A stretch of DNA of 64,000 nucleotides from Steroidobacteraceae bacterium. Its GTDB lineage: Bacteria; Pseudomonadota; Gammaproteobacteria; Steroidobacterales; Steroidobacteraceae. Positions 1 to 8,922 of the stretch are shown here, piece after piece. Both the position numbers and the translations under genes were made by a program. The notes beneath the pieces were generated by a model. It searched no databases and was not told the origin of the DNA. It saw nothing but the letters and a program-made list of their open reading frames with translations. Positions within the stretch are counted from its first letter, which is position 1; each line of letters starts with the position of its first letter. Location: positions 33,197 to 97,196 of the forward strand of contig JAVEVD010000001.1 of NCBI GenBank assembly GCA_034005205.1. Reading direction: 5' to 3'.

Positions 1-204
1 GCGGTTCTCCAACGTGAGCTGCACATCCGCGGCATGCACCGCCAAGGCGTCGCGCACGCCACGCTCTTCCGCCTGCGCGGTCGCGCGCCATGCAATCCAG
101 GTGAGCGTGACGCCCGCGATGAGCACCAGCGCGGTGAGCAGCGCGCCGGGAACCCCGTAGAGCAGTGAAGCGTCGCGCGCCGGCGAAAGCGGGACCGAGG
201 CCAT
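1..204 (-). CDS. Partial CDS (first 68 codons; continues past left edge): membrane-anchored protein, function unknown
   Basis: ATG at 204-202 on minus strand. Hand translation MASVPLSPARDASLLYGVPGALLTALVLIAGVTLTWIAWRATAQAEERGVRDALAVHAADVQLTLENR stays open to position 1. One hydrophobic helix and G/C-rich third positions. Absent from ORF track because truncated. Confidence 0.45.
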   Translation of the reverse strand, partial: MASVPLSPARDASLLYGVPGALLTALVLIAGVTLTWIAWRATAQAEERGVRDALAVHAADVQLTLENR

Positions 205-315
205 GGGTCCCAGAGTATGGGTCAGCGCTCGCAGGCGCGCCCATGCGCGTTATTACGGTCCCTGCCGGATGCACGTTCGGCCAGCGACGTGCACATCGAC
301 GCTGACGACATTCTC

Positions 316-1734
316 TCAGCGGTGCGCAGTCAGCGGCCCGGCGTGTTGGCCCAGCCCGCCGCCCAGCGCCAGCGCCAGATCCACGGTGTTGAGTAGTGCG
401 TCACGTTCCGCCGCGACCAGATCGATCTGCGCCTGGAACAGACCACGGCGTACGTCCAGCAGCTCCAGGTAGGCGATATCGCCCTGGTCATAGCGCAGCT
501 CTGCGAGCTGCGCGGCGCGACCGAGCGCCGTCACCTGTTCTACGTTCGCCTCGCGAACGCCCGCGATCAGCTCCTGGCTCCGCATCGCATCGAGCACTTC
601 CCGGAAAGCCGTCTGCACGGTGCGTGCGTATTGGCCGTGGCGCTCCTCGCGCACGGCTTGCGCGCGGGCGACATTGGCCCGCAGGCGTCCACCCTGGAAA
701 AGCGGTTGCAGCAGTCCGCCGCTCGCGGTCCAAGCCTGCGTGGGCTCGGTGAAGAGATCGCTGAGCTCGGTGCTGATCGAGCCGAACGCCCCCGTAAGAC
801 TGATCGTCGGAAACAGCGCCGCCCGCGCTACGCCGACGTCCGCCGCGGCGGCGGCCAACGCCGCTTCGGCGGCGCCGATGTCCGGTCGCCGCTCGAGAAC
901 GGCGGACGGCAAAGCGGCCGGCAAGGCCGCCGGCGACGGCAGCACCGCTCCCGGCAGGTCGATGGCGCGATCGACCAGCTCCTGCGGCGAGCGTCCGAGC
1001 AGCACGCCCAGCGCATTGGTGCGCAGTACGAGCTCGCGCTCCAGCGTGTGCAACGACACGCGCGCCGCCGCGGCTTCCGCTTCCGCGCGGCGGAACGTGA
1101 ACTCGTCGCTCTCACCTGCATCGTAGCGCAGCCGCTCGATGCGCAAGGACTCCTCGCGGGAAGCGAGCGTATCGCGGCTCCGGGCGAGTTGCTCGGCGGC
1201 CGCAATCAGTGAAAAGTAGCCGCGCGCGACCTCGCCGGTCAGACTCAATTTCACCGCCTCGCGTCCGAATTCGCTGTTGAGGAGCTGTGCGCGCGCGGAC
1301 TCCGAAGCGCGCTTATATCGGCCCCACAAGTCGAGCTCGAAACTCACGGCGCCTTGCACCGTGTACATCGTGCGATGACGCTCGACGCCCGGCAGTTGCA
1401 GCACTGCTTCGCTGTTCTTCGAGCGCGTTGCGTCGCCCTGCGCATCCAGCCGCGGCAGCCGGTCGGCGTTGGCGATACGCAGCGTCGAACGCGCCTGCTC
1501 GACGCGCGCCGCCGCGATCGCTACATCCGGGTTGTGCGCAAGCGCTTCGTCGATCAGCTCATCGAGCGTCTCATCATCGAACAGCTCCCACCACGGATCC
1601 GGCAAGGAGACTGCGCCGGCCGACTGAGCTGGCAGCTCGTCAGGCAGAGACTGTGGCCGCGGACCAGGATCCACGCGCGTGACGATGCAGCCGGCGAGCG
1701 ATATCGACAACAACAGTACACAGACTCTACGCAT
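316..1734 (-). CDS. RND efflux outer-membrane factor lipoprotein (NodT/OprM family)
   Basis: ORF 316..1824. The likely start is the internal Met at 1734, giving MRRVCVLLLSISLAGC (lipobox). The sequence is TolC/OEP-like and repeat-rich helical. It lies 29 nt downstream of the RND pump gene on the same strand. Confidence 0.9.
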   Translation of the reverse strand: MRRVCVLLLSISLAGCIVTRVDPGPRPQSLPDELPAQSAGAVSLPDPWWELFDDETLDELIDEALAHNPDVAIAAARVEQARSTLRIANADRLPRLDAQGDATRSKNSEAVLQLPGVERHRTMYTVQGAVSFELDLWGRYKRASESARAQLLNSEFGREAVKLSLTGEVARGYFSLIAAAEQLARSRDTLASREESLRIERLRYDAGESDEFTFRRAEAEAAAARVSLHTLERELVLRTNALGVLLGRSPQELVDRAIDLPGAVLPSPAALPAALPSAVLERRPDIGAAEAALAAAAADVGVARAALFPTISLTGAFGSISTELSDLFTEPTQAWTASGGLLQPLFQGGRLRANVARAQAVREERHGQYARTVQTAFREVLDAMRSQELIAGVREANVEQVTALGRAAQLAELRYDQGDIAYLELLDVRRGLFQAQIDLVAAERDALLNTVDLALALGGGLGQHAGPLTAHR

Positions 1735-1763
1735 ATCGATTCTTCGTCCTTCGTTCGATCCTG

Positions 1764-4700
1764 TCAGCCGCTCACCGCCGGCCGTTGCATCTCGGCGGCG
1801 CGTCCGGCGCGTCGTTCGCTCCAACCCGCGATCCAGCGGAAGAACAGCGGCACGAACAGCGTCGCTATGAAGGTGGCCGCGAGCATGCCGCCGATCACGC
1901 TCGTGCCGAGCGAGTGCCGGCTCGCAGCCCCGGCGCCCGAGCTGATCGCGAGCGGCAGCACGCCGAACATCAGCGCCAACGAGGTCATGATAATCGGGCG
2001 GAAGCGCAAGCGCGCGCCGGCGACCGCGGCGTCCATCAGCGGCATGCCCTCGTGATGCTTCATCAGCGCGAACTCCACTATCAGAATCGCGTTTTTCGCC
2101 GCGAGACCGATCAGCGTCAGCATGCCGATCTGGAAGTAGATATCGTTCTCCAGGCCGCGCAGGAACGCCGCGGCGAGCGCGCCGAATGCTGCGAACGGCA
2201 CGGCTAGGATCACCGCGACGGGCAGCGTCCAGCGCTCGAACTGCGCAGCGAGAATCAGGAACACCATCAGCACGCCGAGCAGATATACCTTGTTGGAGGC
2301 GCCCCCGGCCGCTTTCTCCTGATAGGCGACGCCCGTCCAGGCGAGCTCGTACCCCTCGGGCAGCACCTCCTCGGCGACCTCCTCCGCGACCCGGATCGCA
2401 TCGCCGGAGCTGTAGCCGGGCGCCGCGCCGCCCATGACCATCGCAGAATTGAATACGTTGAAGCGCTCCACGATCTCGGGGCCGGTGACCTCGCGGATGG
2501 CGGCGATTGCGGTCAGCGGCACGAGGTCTCCGGAGCGCGAACGCACGTACACGTTGCGGATGTCGTCGGGATACGCGCGAAAGCGCGGTTCGGACTGCAG
2601 CTGCACCTGGAACACACGTCCGGAGCGGTTGAAATCGTTTACGTACAACGCGCCGAAGGTGCTCTGCAGCGTGTCGAACACCTCATTGACCGGCACGCCG
2701 AGGCTCATCGCCTTCTCGCGATCGAGGTCGATGCGCATTTGCGGCACGCTCGCGCTGAACGTGGTCGTTACGCCCGCAAGCTCAGGTCGCTGGGAAGCAG
2801 CCTGCACGAACCGCTGCGCGACGTCTTCCAAGTCCTTCATCGAACCGCGGCCGCGCGACTGGATGAACCCTTCGAATCCGCCGGTCATCGACAAGCCTTC
2901 GATCGGCGGCGGCTCCACCGCGAAGAAGAACGCGTCCTTCACTCGCGCTCCGGCCGCGGCGACCGCATCGACGACCGCTTTCGGCGTCATGTTCTGCTCG
3001 CCGATGCGCTCGCTCCAATGCTTCATCGACAGCCAGGTGATCCACGCGTTGGTCTTGAACGCGAATGTCAGCGCATCCAGGCCGGCGACGCTCACGGCGT
3101 TGGTCACCGCCGGATGATCGAGCATCTGGCCTTCCAAGGCGTCGACGGCGGCGACGGTCCGATCCAGCGAAGCCGCGTCCTGCAGCACGCCGATCACGAA
3201 CACGTAACCCTGGTCCTCGGCGGGCGCGAGCGAGCTCGGCACGGCGCGAAACAAACTCAGCATCACGACGATCATGACGGCGAACACGCCCAACGCGAGC
3301 GCGCCGCGCTTCATGAAGAACCGCACGCCGCTCTCGTAACGACCCGTCATGCGCTGAAACCACTGGTTGAACTTTTGCAAGAACCCGTGGTGCACGACGT
3401 CCTCGCGCCGCAATAACAGGGCGCAGAGCGCCGGGGTGAGCGTCAGCGCGACGAAGCCGGAGATCGCCACCGAGACCGAGATGGTCACGGCGAACTGCCG
3501 GTACATCTCGCCGACCAGGCCGCCCACGAAAGCGACCGGCAGGAACACCGCGGTCAGCACCAGCACGATCGCAATGACCGGACGCGTCACTTCGCCCATG
3601 GCCTTCATCGTGGCCTCGGGCGCCGGCAGGTTCTCCGTCGTCATGATGCGTTCGACGTTTTCCAGCACCACGATCGCATCGTCCACGACGATGCCGATCG
3701 CAAGCACCATGCCGAACAGCGTCAGCATGTTGATCGAGAAGCCGAAGGCGTACATGGCGGCGAAGGTCCCCACCAGAGACACGGGCACGGCGAGCATCGG
3801 AATGATGGTGGCGCGCCAGTTCTGCAGGAACAGCAGCACGACGAAGAACACCAGCACCATCGCCTCGAGCAGCGTCTTGACCACTTCCTTGATGGACGCC
3901 TGGACGTACTGGATGGTGTTGTGCGGGATCGCGTACTCCATCCCCGGAGGGAAATCCCTCGACAGCTCCTCCAGGCGCGCCTTGACCGCGCCGCCCGTCT
4001 GGAGCGCATTCGCACCGGGCTGCAGGAACACGGCGATCATGGCGGCTTCCTTGCCGTCGATGGACGATTCGAAGTTGTAGGTCTGCGCCCCGAGCTCGAC
4101 GCGCGCGACGTCGCGCAGGCGCACGACCGATCCCGCGTCGGTGGCGCGCACCACGATCTGCTCGAACTCCTCGGGCGTCGCCAGCCGACCCTGCGCGGTG
4201 ACCGAATACGTGAAGTCGACATGCTCGCCCATCGGCTCGACGCCGATGCGGCCGGCCGCGAACTGTGAATTCTGCTGCCGGACCGCCGCGACCACGTCCG
4301 CAGGCGTGAGGCCGAGCTGCGCCAGCTTGTCGGGCTGCATCCAGATACGGATCGCGTACGGGTGCGCCCACATATGCGCATCGCCTACGCCTGGCACGCG
4401 GCGCACCTCATCGAGGATGTTGAGCGTCGTATAGCTGCTCAGCGAAAGCATGTCGTGGCTGCCGTCCGGCGAGCTGAGCGCGATGATCTGCAGCAAGCTC
4501 GCCGACGCCTTGCGCACCACCACGCCTTGACGACGCACTTCCTCGGGCAGGCGGGGCACAGCGGCCTGAATGCGGTTGTTGACGTTGATCGCGGCGAGGT
4601 CCGGATCGGCGCCCACGGCGAACGTGACATTGATGGCGAGCGCGCCGTCGCCGGAGCTGACGGAGCTCATGTACAGCATGTCTTCTACGCCGTTGATCTG

Positions 4701-4904
4701 CTCTTCGAGCGGCGCAGCGACGGTTTCGGCTATGGTCTCGGCCGTCGCTCCGGGGTAGTTGGCGGAGACGGTGACCATGGGCGGGATGATTTCCGGATAC
4801 GCCGAGATCGGCAGCGCGCGCATTCCGCCCAGCCCCGCGATCACAATGAACGCGGAGATCACGCACGCGAAGATCGGGCGCGTGATGAAGAAGCGGGAGA
4901 TCAT
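1764..4904 (-). CDS. RND multidrug efflux permease (HAE1, AcrB/MexB-like)
   Basis: 1046 aa. The N-terminus MISRFFITRPIFACVISAFIVIAGLGGMRALPISAYPEIIPPMVTVSANYPGA is the hallmark AcrB-family start. Multiple TM blocks and two large periplasmic loops. Confidence 0.95.
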   Translation of the reverse strand: MISRFFITRPIFACVISAFIVIAGLGGMRALPISAYPEIIPPMVTVSANYPGATAETIAETVAAPLEEQINGVEDMLYMSSVSSGDGALAINVTFAVGADPDLAAINVNNRIQAAVPRLPEEVRRQGVVVRKASASLLQIIALSSPDGSHDMLSLSSYTTLNILDEVRRVPGVGDAHMWAHPYAIRIWMQPDKLAQLGLTPADVVAAVRQQNSQFAAGRIGVEPMGEHVDFTYSVTAQGRLATPEEFEQIVVRATDAGSVVRLRDVARVELGAQTYNFESSIDGKEAAMIAVFLQPGANALQTGGAVKARLEELSRDFPPGMEYAIPHNTIQYVQASIKEVVKTLLEAMVLVFFVVLLFLQNWRATIIPMLAVPVSLVGTFAAMYAFGFSINMLTLFGMVLAIGIVVDDAIVVLENVERIMTTENLPAPEATMKAMGEVTRPVIAIVLVLTAVFLPVAFVGGLVGEMYRQFAVTISVSVAISGFVALTLTPALCALLLRREDVVHHGFLQKFNQWFQRMTGRYESGVRFFMKRGALALGVFAVMIVVMLSLFRAVPSSLAPAEDQGYVFVIGVLQDAASLDRTVAAVDALEGQMLDHPAVTNAVSVAGLDALTFAFKTNAWITWLSMKHWSERIGEQNMTPKAVVDAVAAAGARVKDAFFFAVEPPPIEGLSMTGGFEGFIQSRGRGSMKDLEDVAQRFVQAASQRPELAGVTTTFSASVPQMRIDLDREKAMSLGVPVNEVFDTLQSTFGALYVNDFNRSGRVFQVQLQSEPRFRAYPDDIRNVYVRSRSGDLVPLTAIAAIREVTGPEIVERFNVFNSAMVMGGAAPGYSSGDAIRVAEEVAEEVLPEGYELAWTGVAYQEKAAGGASNKVYLLGVLMVFLILAAQFERWTLPVAVILAVPFAAFGALAAAFLRGLENDIYFQIGMLTLIGLAAKNAILIVEFALMKHHEGMPLMDAAVAGARLRFRPIIMTSLALMFGVLPLAISSGAGAASRHSLGTSVIGGMLAATFIATLFVPLFFRWIAGWSERRAGRAAEMQRPAVSG

Positions 4905-6121
4905 GCGTCCTCCTCACCTGCGGCGCGGGCGCCATCGCCTGGCGCGCTCGCGCGATCGTCGGCGCCGGCTTGGCGTGCGGCCGCATCCACCGATACGGCG
5001 TTCACCTGCAGTCCAGGCCGCACCTTGAGGACGCCTTCGACGATAAAGCGCTCGCCCTCGGACAGTCCGGCCGTCACGATAATGCTGTTGCGCGTGGTGC
5101 GCCCGACCTGTACGGGCCGCGCCTCGACCTTCTCATCCTCGCCCACGACATACACGAACGGTCCCTGGGCGCTGCTCATGACCGCCTTGCGCGGGATCGC
5201 AACCGCGCTCGGCAGGGCCACGCCCTCGATGCTGGCGCGCACGAACTGCCCCGGAATGAGCTTGCCATGCGGATTGCTCAGCACCGCGCGGACACGCACC
5301 GTGCCGGTGTTCGGATCCACTGCGTTGTCGATGAAAGTGATCCTGGCGGTCTCGGGGTGCTCGATCCCGTTCTGCAGCTCGAGCTTCACGACCAGCGGCG
5401 CTTGCGGCTCGCTGTCCGCGCTGGCCCGCAGCAGCGCCGCCTCCGACTCGGGCGCGGCGAACTCCACGTACAGCGGGTCGACCTGCACGATGCGGGTGAG
5501 CAGACTCGAGTCCTGGTCGGTCGAGACCAGGCTGCCCTCGGACATGACCTCGCGGCTAGCGAGCCCGGAAATCGGCGCGCGCACGTCCGTGTATTCGAGA
5601 TCGAGCTGCGCCATGCGCAGGCTCGACTCCGCCGCCTGCAGGTTCGCCTGCGCGACTTCGTATGCAGAGACCACCTCGTCGCGCCGGCTCTGGCTCACCG
5701 CGTTCTGCTCGAAGAGCGGCAGCACACGGTCGCGCTGCCGGCGCGCCTCGTCGAGGCGCGCGCGGGCCACGGCGACTTCGGCGCGCGCCGCCGCGAGCCG
5801 CGCGCGGACCGGCTCGGGGTCGATCAGGAACATCGGCTGACCCTGACGCACCCAGCCGCCTTCTTCGTAACGCCGCTTGATGAGGATGCCGCTGACGCGC
5901 GCCCGCACCTCGACTTCTCGCGAACCCACCGTCCGCGCGGTGTACGTCAGCTCGAGCGGCGCCGGAGTCTTCTGCAGCGTCTGCACGGCGACTTCAGGCG
6001 GCGGCGGCGCGTGCATCTGGTCGGACTGGCTGCAGGCGCCGAGTGCGACCGCGCATGCGACCAGCAACAGCGAGCGCAGCGTTACGGGCGGACGACTGGG
6101 GCGCAGTGTGGGGCGCAACAT
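4901..6121 (-). CDS. RND efflux periplasmic adaptor (membrane fusion protein, AcrA/MexA-like)
   Basis: 406 aa. Lipoprotein-type signal LLLVACAVALGAC. HlyD-type coiled-coil hairpin and beta-barrel regions. Its stop overlaps the RND pump start by 4 nt. Confidence 0.9.
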   Translation of the reverse strand: MLRPTLRPSRPPVTLRSLLLVACAVALGACSQSDQMHAPPPPEVAVQTLQKTPAPLELTYTARTVGSREVEVRARVSGILIKRRYEEGGWVRQGQPMFLIDPEPVRARLAAARAEVAVARARLDEARRQRDRVLPLFEQNAVSQSRRDEVVSAYEVAQANLQAAESSLRMAQLDLEYTDVRAPISGLASREVMSEGSLVSTDQDSSLLTRIVQVDPLYVEFAAPESEAALLRASADSEPQAPLVVKLELQNGIEHPETARITFIDNAVDPNTGTVRVRAVLSNPHGKLIPGQFVRASIEGVALPSAVAIPRKAVMSSAQGPFVYVVGEDEKVEARPVQVGRTTRNSIIVTAGLSEGERFIVEGVLKVRPGLQVNAVSVDAAARQAGADDRASAPGDGARAAGEEDA

Positions 6122-6219
6122 GCGAATTCACCTGGAATGATTACGAAAACGCCGCGCCGCCCTCGATCGAAGGCGACGCGCGTAGTGAAGGACGACGCGA
6201 CAGGCGCCAAGTCGACGAC

Positions 6220-6792
6220 TCAACCGCGTCCTGCGAATGCTTCCTCTGCCATCTTCAGAAGTTCCTCAACGACTTGCGCCCGCTGCTGATCGCTCAGACA
6301 GGAGATGCGCAGCCACTCGCGTATTTTCAGCCCCTCGACCGCAAGCAACACCACGACTGCGCGCGCGAAATGAATTTGCGGGCACACCAGCTGCTGCGTA
6401 GAGCGCTCGACGGTTTCACGGATCACCTCCAGCAGCGCCGGGTCGTTGGCGGCGGCCGCCAGCAGGGCGGCGCCCATCGTCTTCGATCGCGGGTCGTCGC
6501 CCAGCAAGCCGAGGATGCAAGCCTTCAGCTCCCTGCCCGATTCATGCTCGTGCAACTCGCAGCGCGCCGCGTCGACGCATTGCTGCTGGTGGTCCACATA
6601 GCGTTGCGCCAGGCCGCCCAGCAGCGATTCCTTGGTCGGGAAGTGATAGAGCAAACCGCCCTTACTCACGCCCGCCGCCTGGGCCACGAGGTCCAGGGTC
6701 AGCCGCGCGGCGCCCACTTGACTCACCACGCGCTCGGCGGCTTCCAGGATCCGATCGCGTACGGGGGTGAGCGCGAGCGTGACTTCGACCAT
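6220..6792 (-). CDS. TetR/AcrR-family transcriptional repressor (probable regulator of the downstream efflux operon)
   Basis: N-terminal HTH RDRILEAAERVVSQVGAARLTLDLVAQAAGVSKGGLLYHFPTKESLL. I prefer the ATG at 6792 (MVEVTLALTP...) over the ORF-track start at 6873, whose first codons (TTA TTG ... ACT GTA) are atypical for this genome. Confidence 0.85.
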   Translation of the reverse strand: MVEVTLALTPVRDRILEAAERVVSQVGAARLTLDLVAQAAGVSKGGLLYHFPTKESLLGGLAQRYVDHQQQCVDAARCELHEHESGRELKACILGLLGDDPRSKTMGAALLAAAANDPALLEVIRETVERSTQQLVCPQIHFARAVVVLLAVEGLKIREWLRISCLSDQQRAQVVEELLKMAEEAFAGRG

Positions 6793-6815
6793 GGACGATG
6801 CTTCTTCGGGCTGCA

Positions 6816-6864
6816 GCGACTGTACCGGCTGGACGGTATTGTGCCGTCCAGCCGGTACAGTCGC
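6816..6864. promoter_or_regulatory. Perfect 21-bp inverted repeat with 7-nt spacer upstream of tetR (candidate operator or leader hairpin)
   Basis: GCGACTGTACCGGCTGGACGG (6816-6836), spacer tattgtg, CCGTCCAGCCGGTACAGTCGC (6844-6864). It ends 24 nt upstream of the preferred tetR start. Confidence 0.5.
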
Positions 6865-7665
6865 CAATAACATTTCGTCACACCCTCATCGCACAACATG
6901 TCAGCCCGTTCTGACGCGACCGCGCGCGAACGCTTGAACGGCCAGGTAGCGTCAACCATTGGCCGCCACACGATCGAGGCGTGGCCGTCGTCCAATGACC
7001 GGCTCGGCGGTGTTCACCGCCGTCCGATCCAGCTGGCTGTTTATCCAAGCCCATCCAACTAGACTTTATCCAGCAAGATCTCGAAAGCGCATCGCGATTG
7101 TTCAAGCGAACCAAATAAGCCGCCCGTGTATCTCGCTAATTCCGACGAGACGTTCAAGCTGCGCTTAAGAACCGACTCTGGATTGACTGCCGACCCACCT
7201 GGGATTTGGACGCATTTTAGCGGCCGGACCACTGCTTGCCAGCATGCGGCCATGCGAAGCGCTGAACCGCTGGTCAGTCATAGTGAAGACGCCGCGTGAG
7301 TCTCGCGAGACGCCCTCACAACCGCCGACGCCCTGCGATCCGGCGAAGGCGAGTGCATGCGCCGAGGCGCGCTGCAAGGACAACGGACTGACGATTGCTT
7401 CATGTGTGCGGCCGATCATTTGAATCGAGGTGCGCAGTGCTACGCTGAATCCGGGTAATCGCTCAACGCGCGAGTGCGATGCGGCCGCCGATATGATGGA
7501 ATGACGTGCTGCACGCGAGGCGCGCTCTTATCCGCTCGCTTTGTGTGAACCAGCCAGCGACGCAGCCGGCTCGGCTCGACGCGCGCACGAATGCGTACGG
7601 TATAGACGCGTACTCAGAACACACGGCTCGGCGCCAACGTCGCACAGCCGGCCCAGGGAGAATGC

Positions 7666-8781
7666 ATGCAGGGTTTCGAGACAGCTGCGGCCAGCACCAA
7701 GGACATCATCTCGCCGAGCTCCGCCTCTCTACTCGCGGCTTCGGACGTGCTGCTGGCGCTCGCTTATCTCGCCATCCTCTTCGTTCTCGTATACATGACT
7801 TGGCGCAGGCGCGACCTGCGCTTCAACTTGCTCGTCTTGTGCTTCGGCGTCTTTCTCGCTACGAGCAGCATCACACACGTCGTCGGGGCTTTCGGCGGCT
7901 ATCTCGTCCCTGCATGGTTGAACAGCGCGCTTCGCATGGTGACCGCCGCCGCCTCGGTCCCGACCGTCGTTCTGCTGTGGCGCTCGCTGCCCAACATCCT
8001 CTCTCTGCCCAGCCGACGGGAGCTGCGCGACGCGAACGAGTCTCTCGCGCGCGCAAATCGCGAGCTCGAAGCGTTCACTGCTTCGGTGTCGCACGATCTG
8101 CGCTCTCCGCTCACGACCATCGCCGGACAGGCGGGCATGCTCGAACTGTCGATGCCCAATGCGAGCGAGGATCAGGTCCGACGCATGCATCGCATCCAGC
8201 GCAGCGTGCGTCAGATGTCCGAGCTGATCGAGGCGCTGCTCGCCCTGTCGCGCATCTCCCGCCACACCCTGCGCCGCGAGCACGTCAACATCAGCGATCT
8301 GGTGGAGGACATCGTGCTCGAGCACCGGCAGAAGGATCCCGGCCGCGCCGTCGAGGTGACGGTGCAGCCTCACATGCACGCGCACGGCGATCGCCGTCTG
8401 CTCGCCGATCTTTTCCAGAACCTGATCGCCAACGCCTGGAAATTCACCTCCAAGACGCCGGACGCGCGCATCGAGATTGGGCAGTCGCAGTGCAGCGAGA
8501 TGGCGACGCTGTACGTACGCGATAACGGCGCGGGATTCGACATGCAGTACGAGAGCAAGCTGTTCAAGCCCTTCCAGCGCCTGCACGGCCCGACGGAGTT
8601 CGAAGGCTCAGGCATCGGGCTCGCCACGGTGGCGCGCATCGTGGACCGGCACGGCGGTCGGATCTGGGCCGACGGCGCACCGAACGCCGGGGCGACCTTC
8701 TATTTCACCCTGCCCACGGCGCCGATCACGGATGAGTTCCTGGCGAGGCGGAGTGAGAAGCGGTTGCTAGTCAGCGGTTGA
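7666..8781 (+). CDS. Membrane sensor histidine kinase (HisKA + HATPase_c), no adjacent response regulator
   Basis: 371 aa. N-terminal hydrophobic helices. H-box SVSHDLRSPL, N-box NLIANAWKF, G1 DNGAGF, G2 GSGIGLATV. Confidence 0.9.
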   Translation: MQGFETAAASTKDIISPSSASLLAASDVLLALAYLAILFVLVYMTWRRRDLRFNLLVLCFGVFLATSSITHVVGAFGGYLVPAWLNSALRMVTAAASVPTVVLLWRSLPNILSLPSRRELRDANESLARANRELEAFTASVSHDLRSPLTTIAGQAGMLELSMPNASEDQVRRMHRIQRSVRQMSELIEALLALSRISRHTLRREHVNISDLVEDIVLEHRQKDPGRAVEVTVQPHMHAHGDRRLLADLFQNLIANAWKFTSKTPDARIEIGQSQCSEMATLYVRDNGAGFDMQYESKLFKPFQRLHGPTEFEGSGIGLATVARIVDRHGGRIWADGAPNAGATFYFTLPTAPITDEFLARRSEKRLLVSG

Positions 8782-8803
8782 AGCGGTTAGCGGTTAGCGG
8801 TTA
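8774..8803. repeat. Tandem heptamer array GCGGTTG-aa-GCGGTTA x3
   Basis: Read directly. The first unit contains the kinase stop codon (TGA 8779-8781). This is the inverted partner of the TAACCGC units at 8902-8915. Confidence 0.8.
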
Positions 8804-8866
8804 GTGAGCATGCGGCGTCGGCGCCGTTGCCCCCTCACTCGGCGCCGATCGAGACGCGCCGGCGGC

Positions 8867-8900
8867 CTAGCGTCGGCCAAAGCGACGCTGCTGGTTTTTT
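8867..8900 (+). terminator. Rho-independent terminator of the histidine kinase gene
   Basis: Stem AGCGTCG (8869-8875), loop gccaaag, stem CGACGCT (8883-8889), followed by gctgg and TTTTTT (8895-8900). Confidence 0.7.
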
Positions 8901-8901
8901 C

Positions 8902-8915
8902 TAACCGCTAACCGC
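8902..8915. repeat. TAACCGC x2 (reverse orientation of the GCGGTTA heptamer)
   Basis: ctaaccgctaaccgcttcc (8901-8919) is identical to 11528-11546. Confidence 0.8.
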
Positions 8916-8922
8916 TTCCGTC

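Noticed and set aside
316-1824. Long N-terminal extensions given by the ORF track (for example 316..1824, 6220..6873, 12214..13506, 13464..14879, 28790..29404, 40765..41550, 52819..55467, 58985..60508)
   Set aside because: Internal starts give proper signal peptides or lipoboxes, better ribosome-binding sites, or avoid overlap with upstream genes. The extensions are Arg/Pro-rich or read through intergenic repeats.
2782-4371. 529-aa minus-strand ORF, and other long Arg/Ala/Pro/Gly-rich ORFs within 1764-6121 (for example 4362..5840 plus, 4970..6289 plus)
   Set aside because: They are alternative frames or antisense of the clearly recognisable RND pump and adaptor genes. Their composition (RRGRAARR-type) is typical of shadow ORFs in high-GC DNA.
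7165-7419. 84-aa minus-strand ORF in the low-GC gap
   Set aside because: It has moderate third-position GC only, no ribosome-binding site that I could see and no recognisable domain. It is mentioned under the gap finding rather than annotated.
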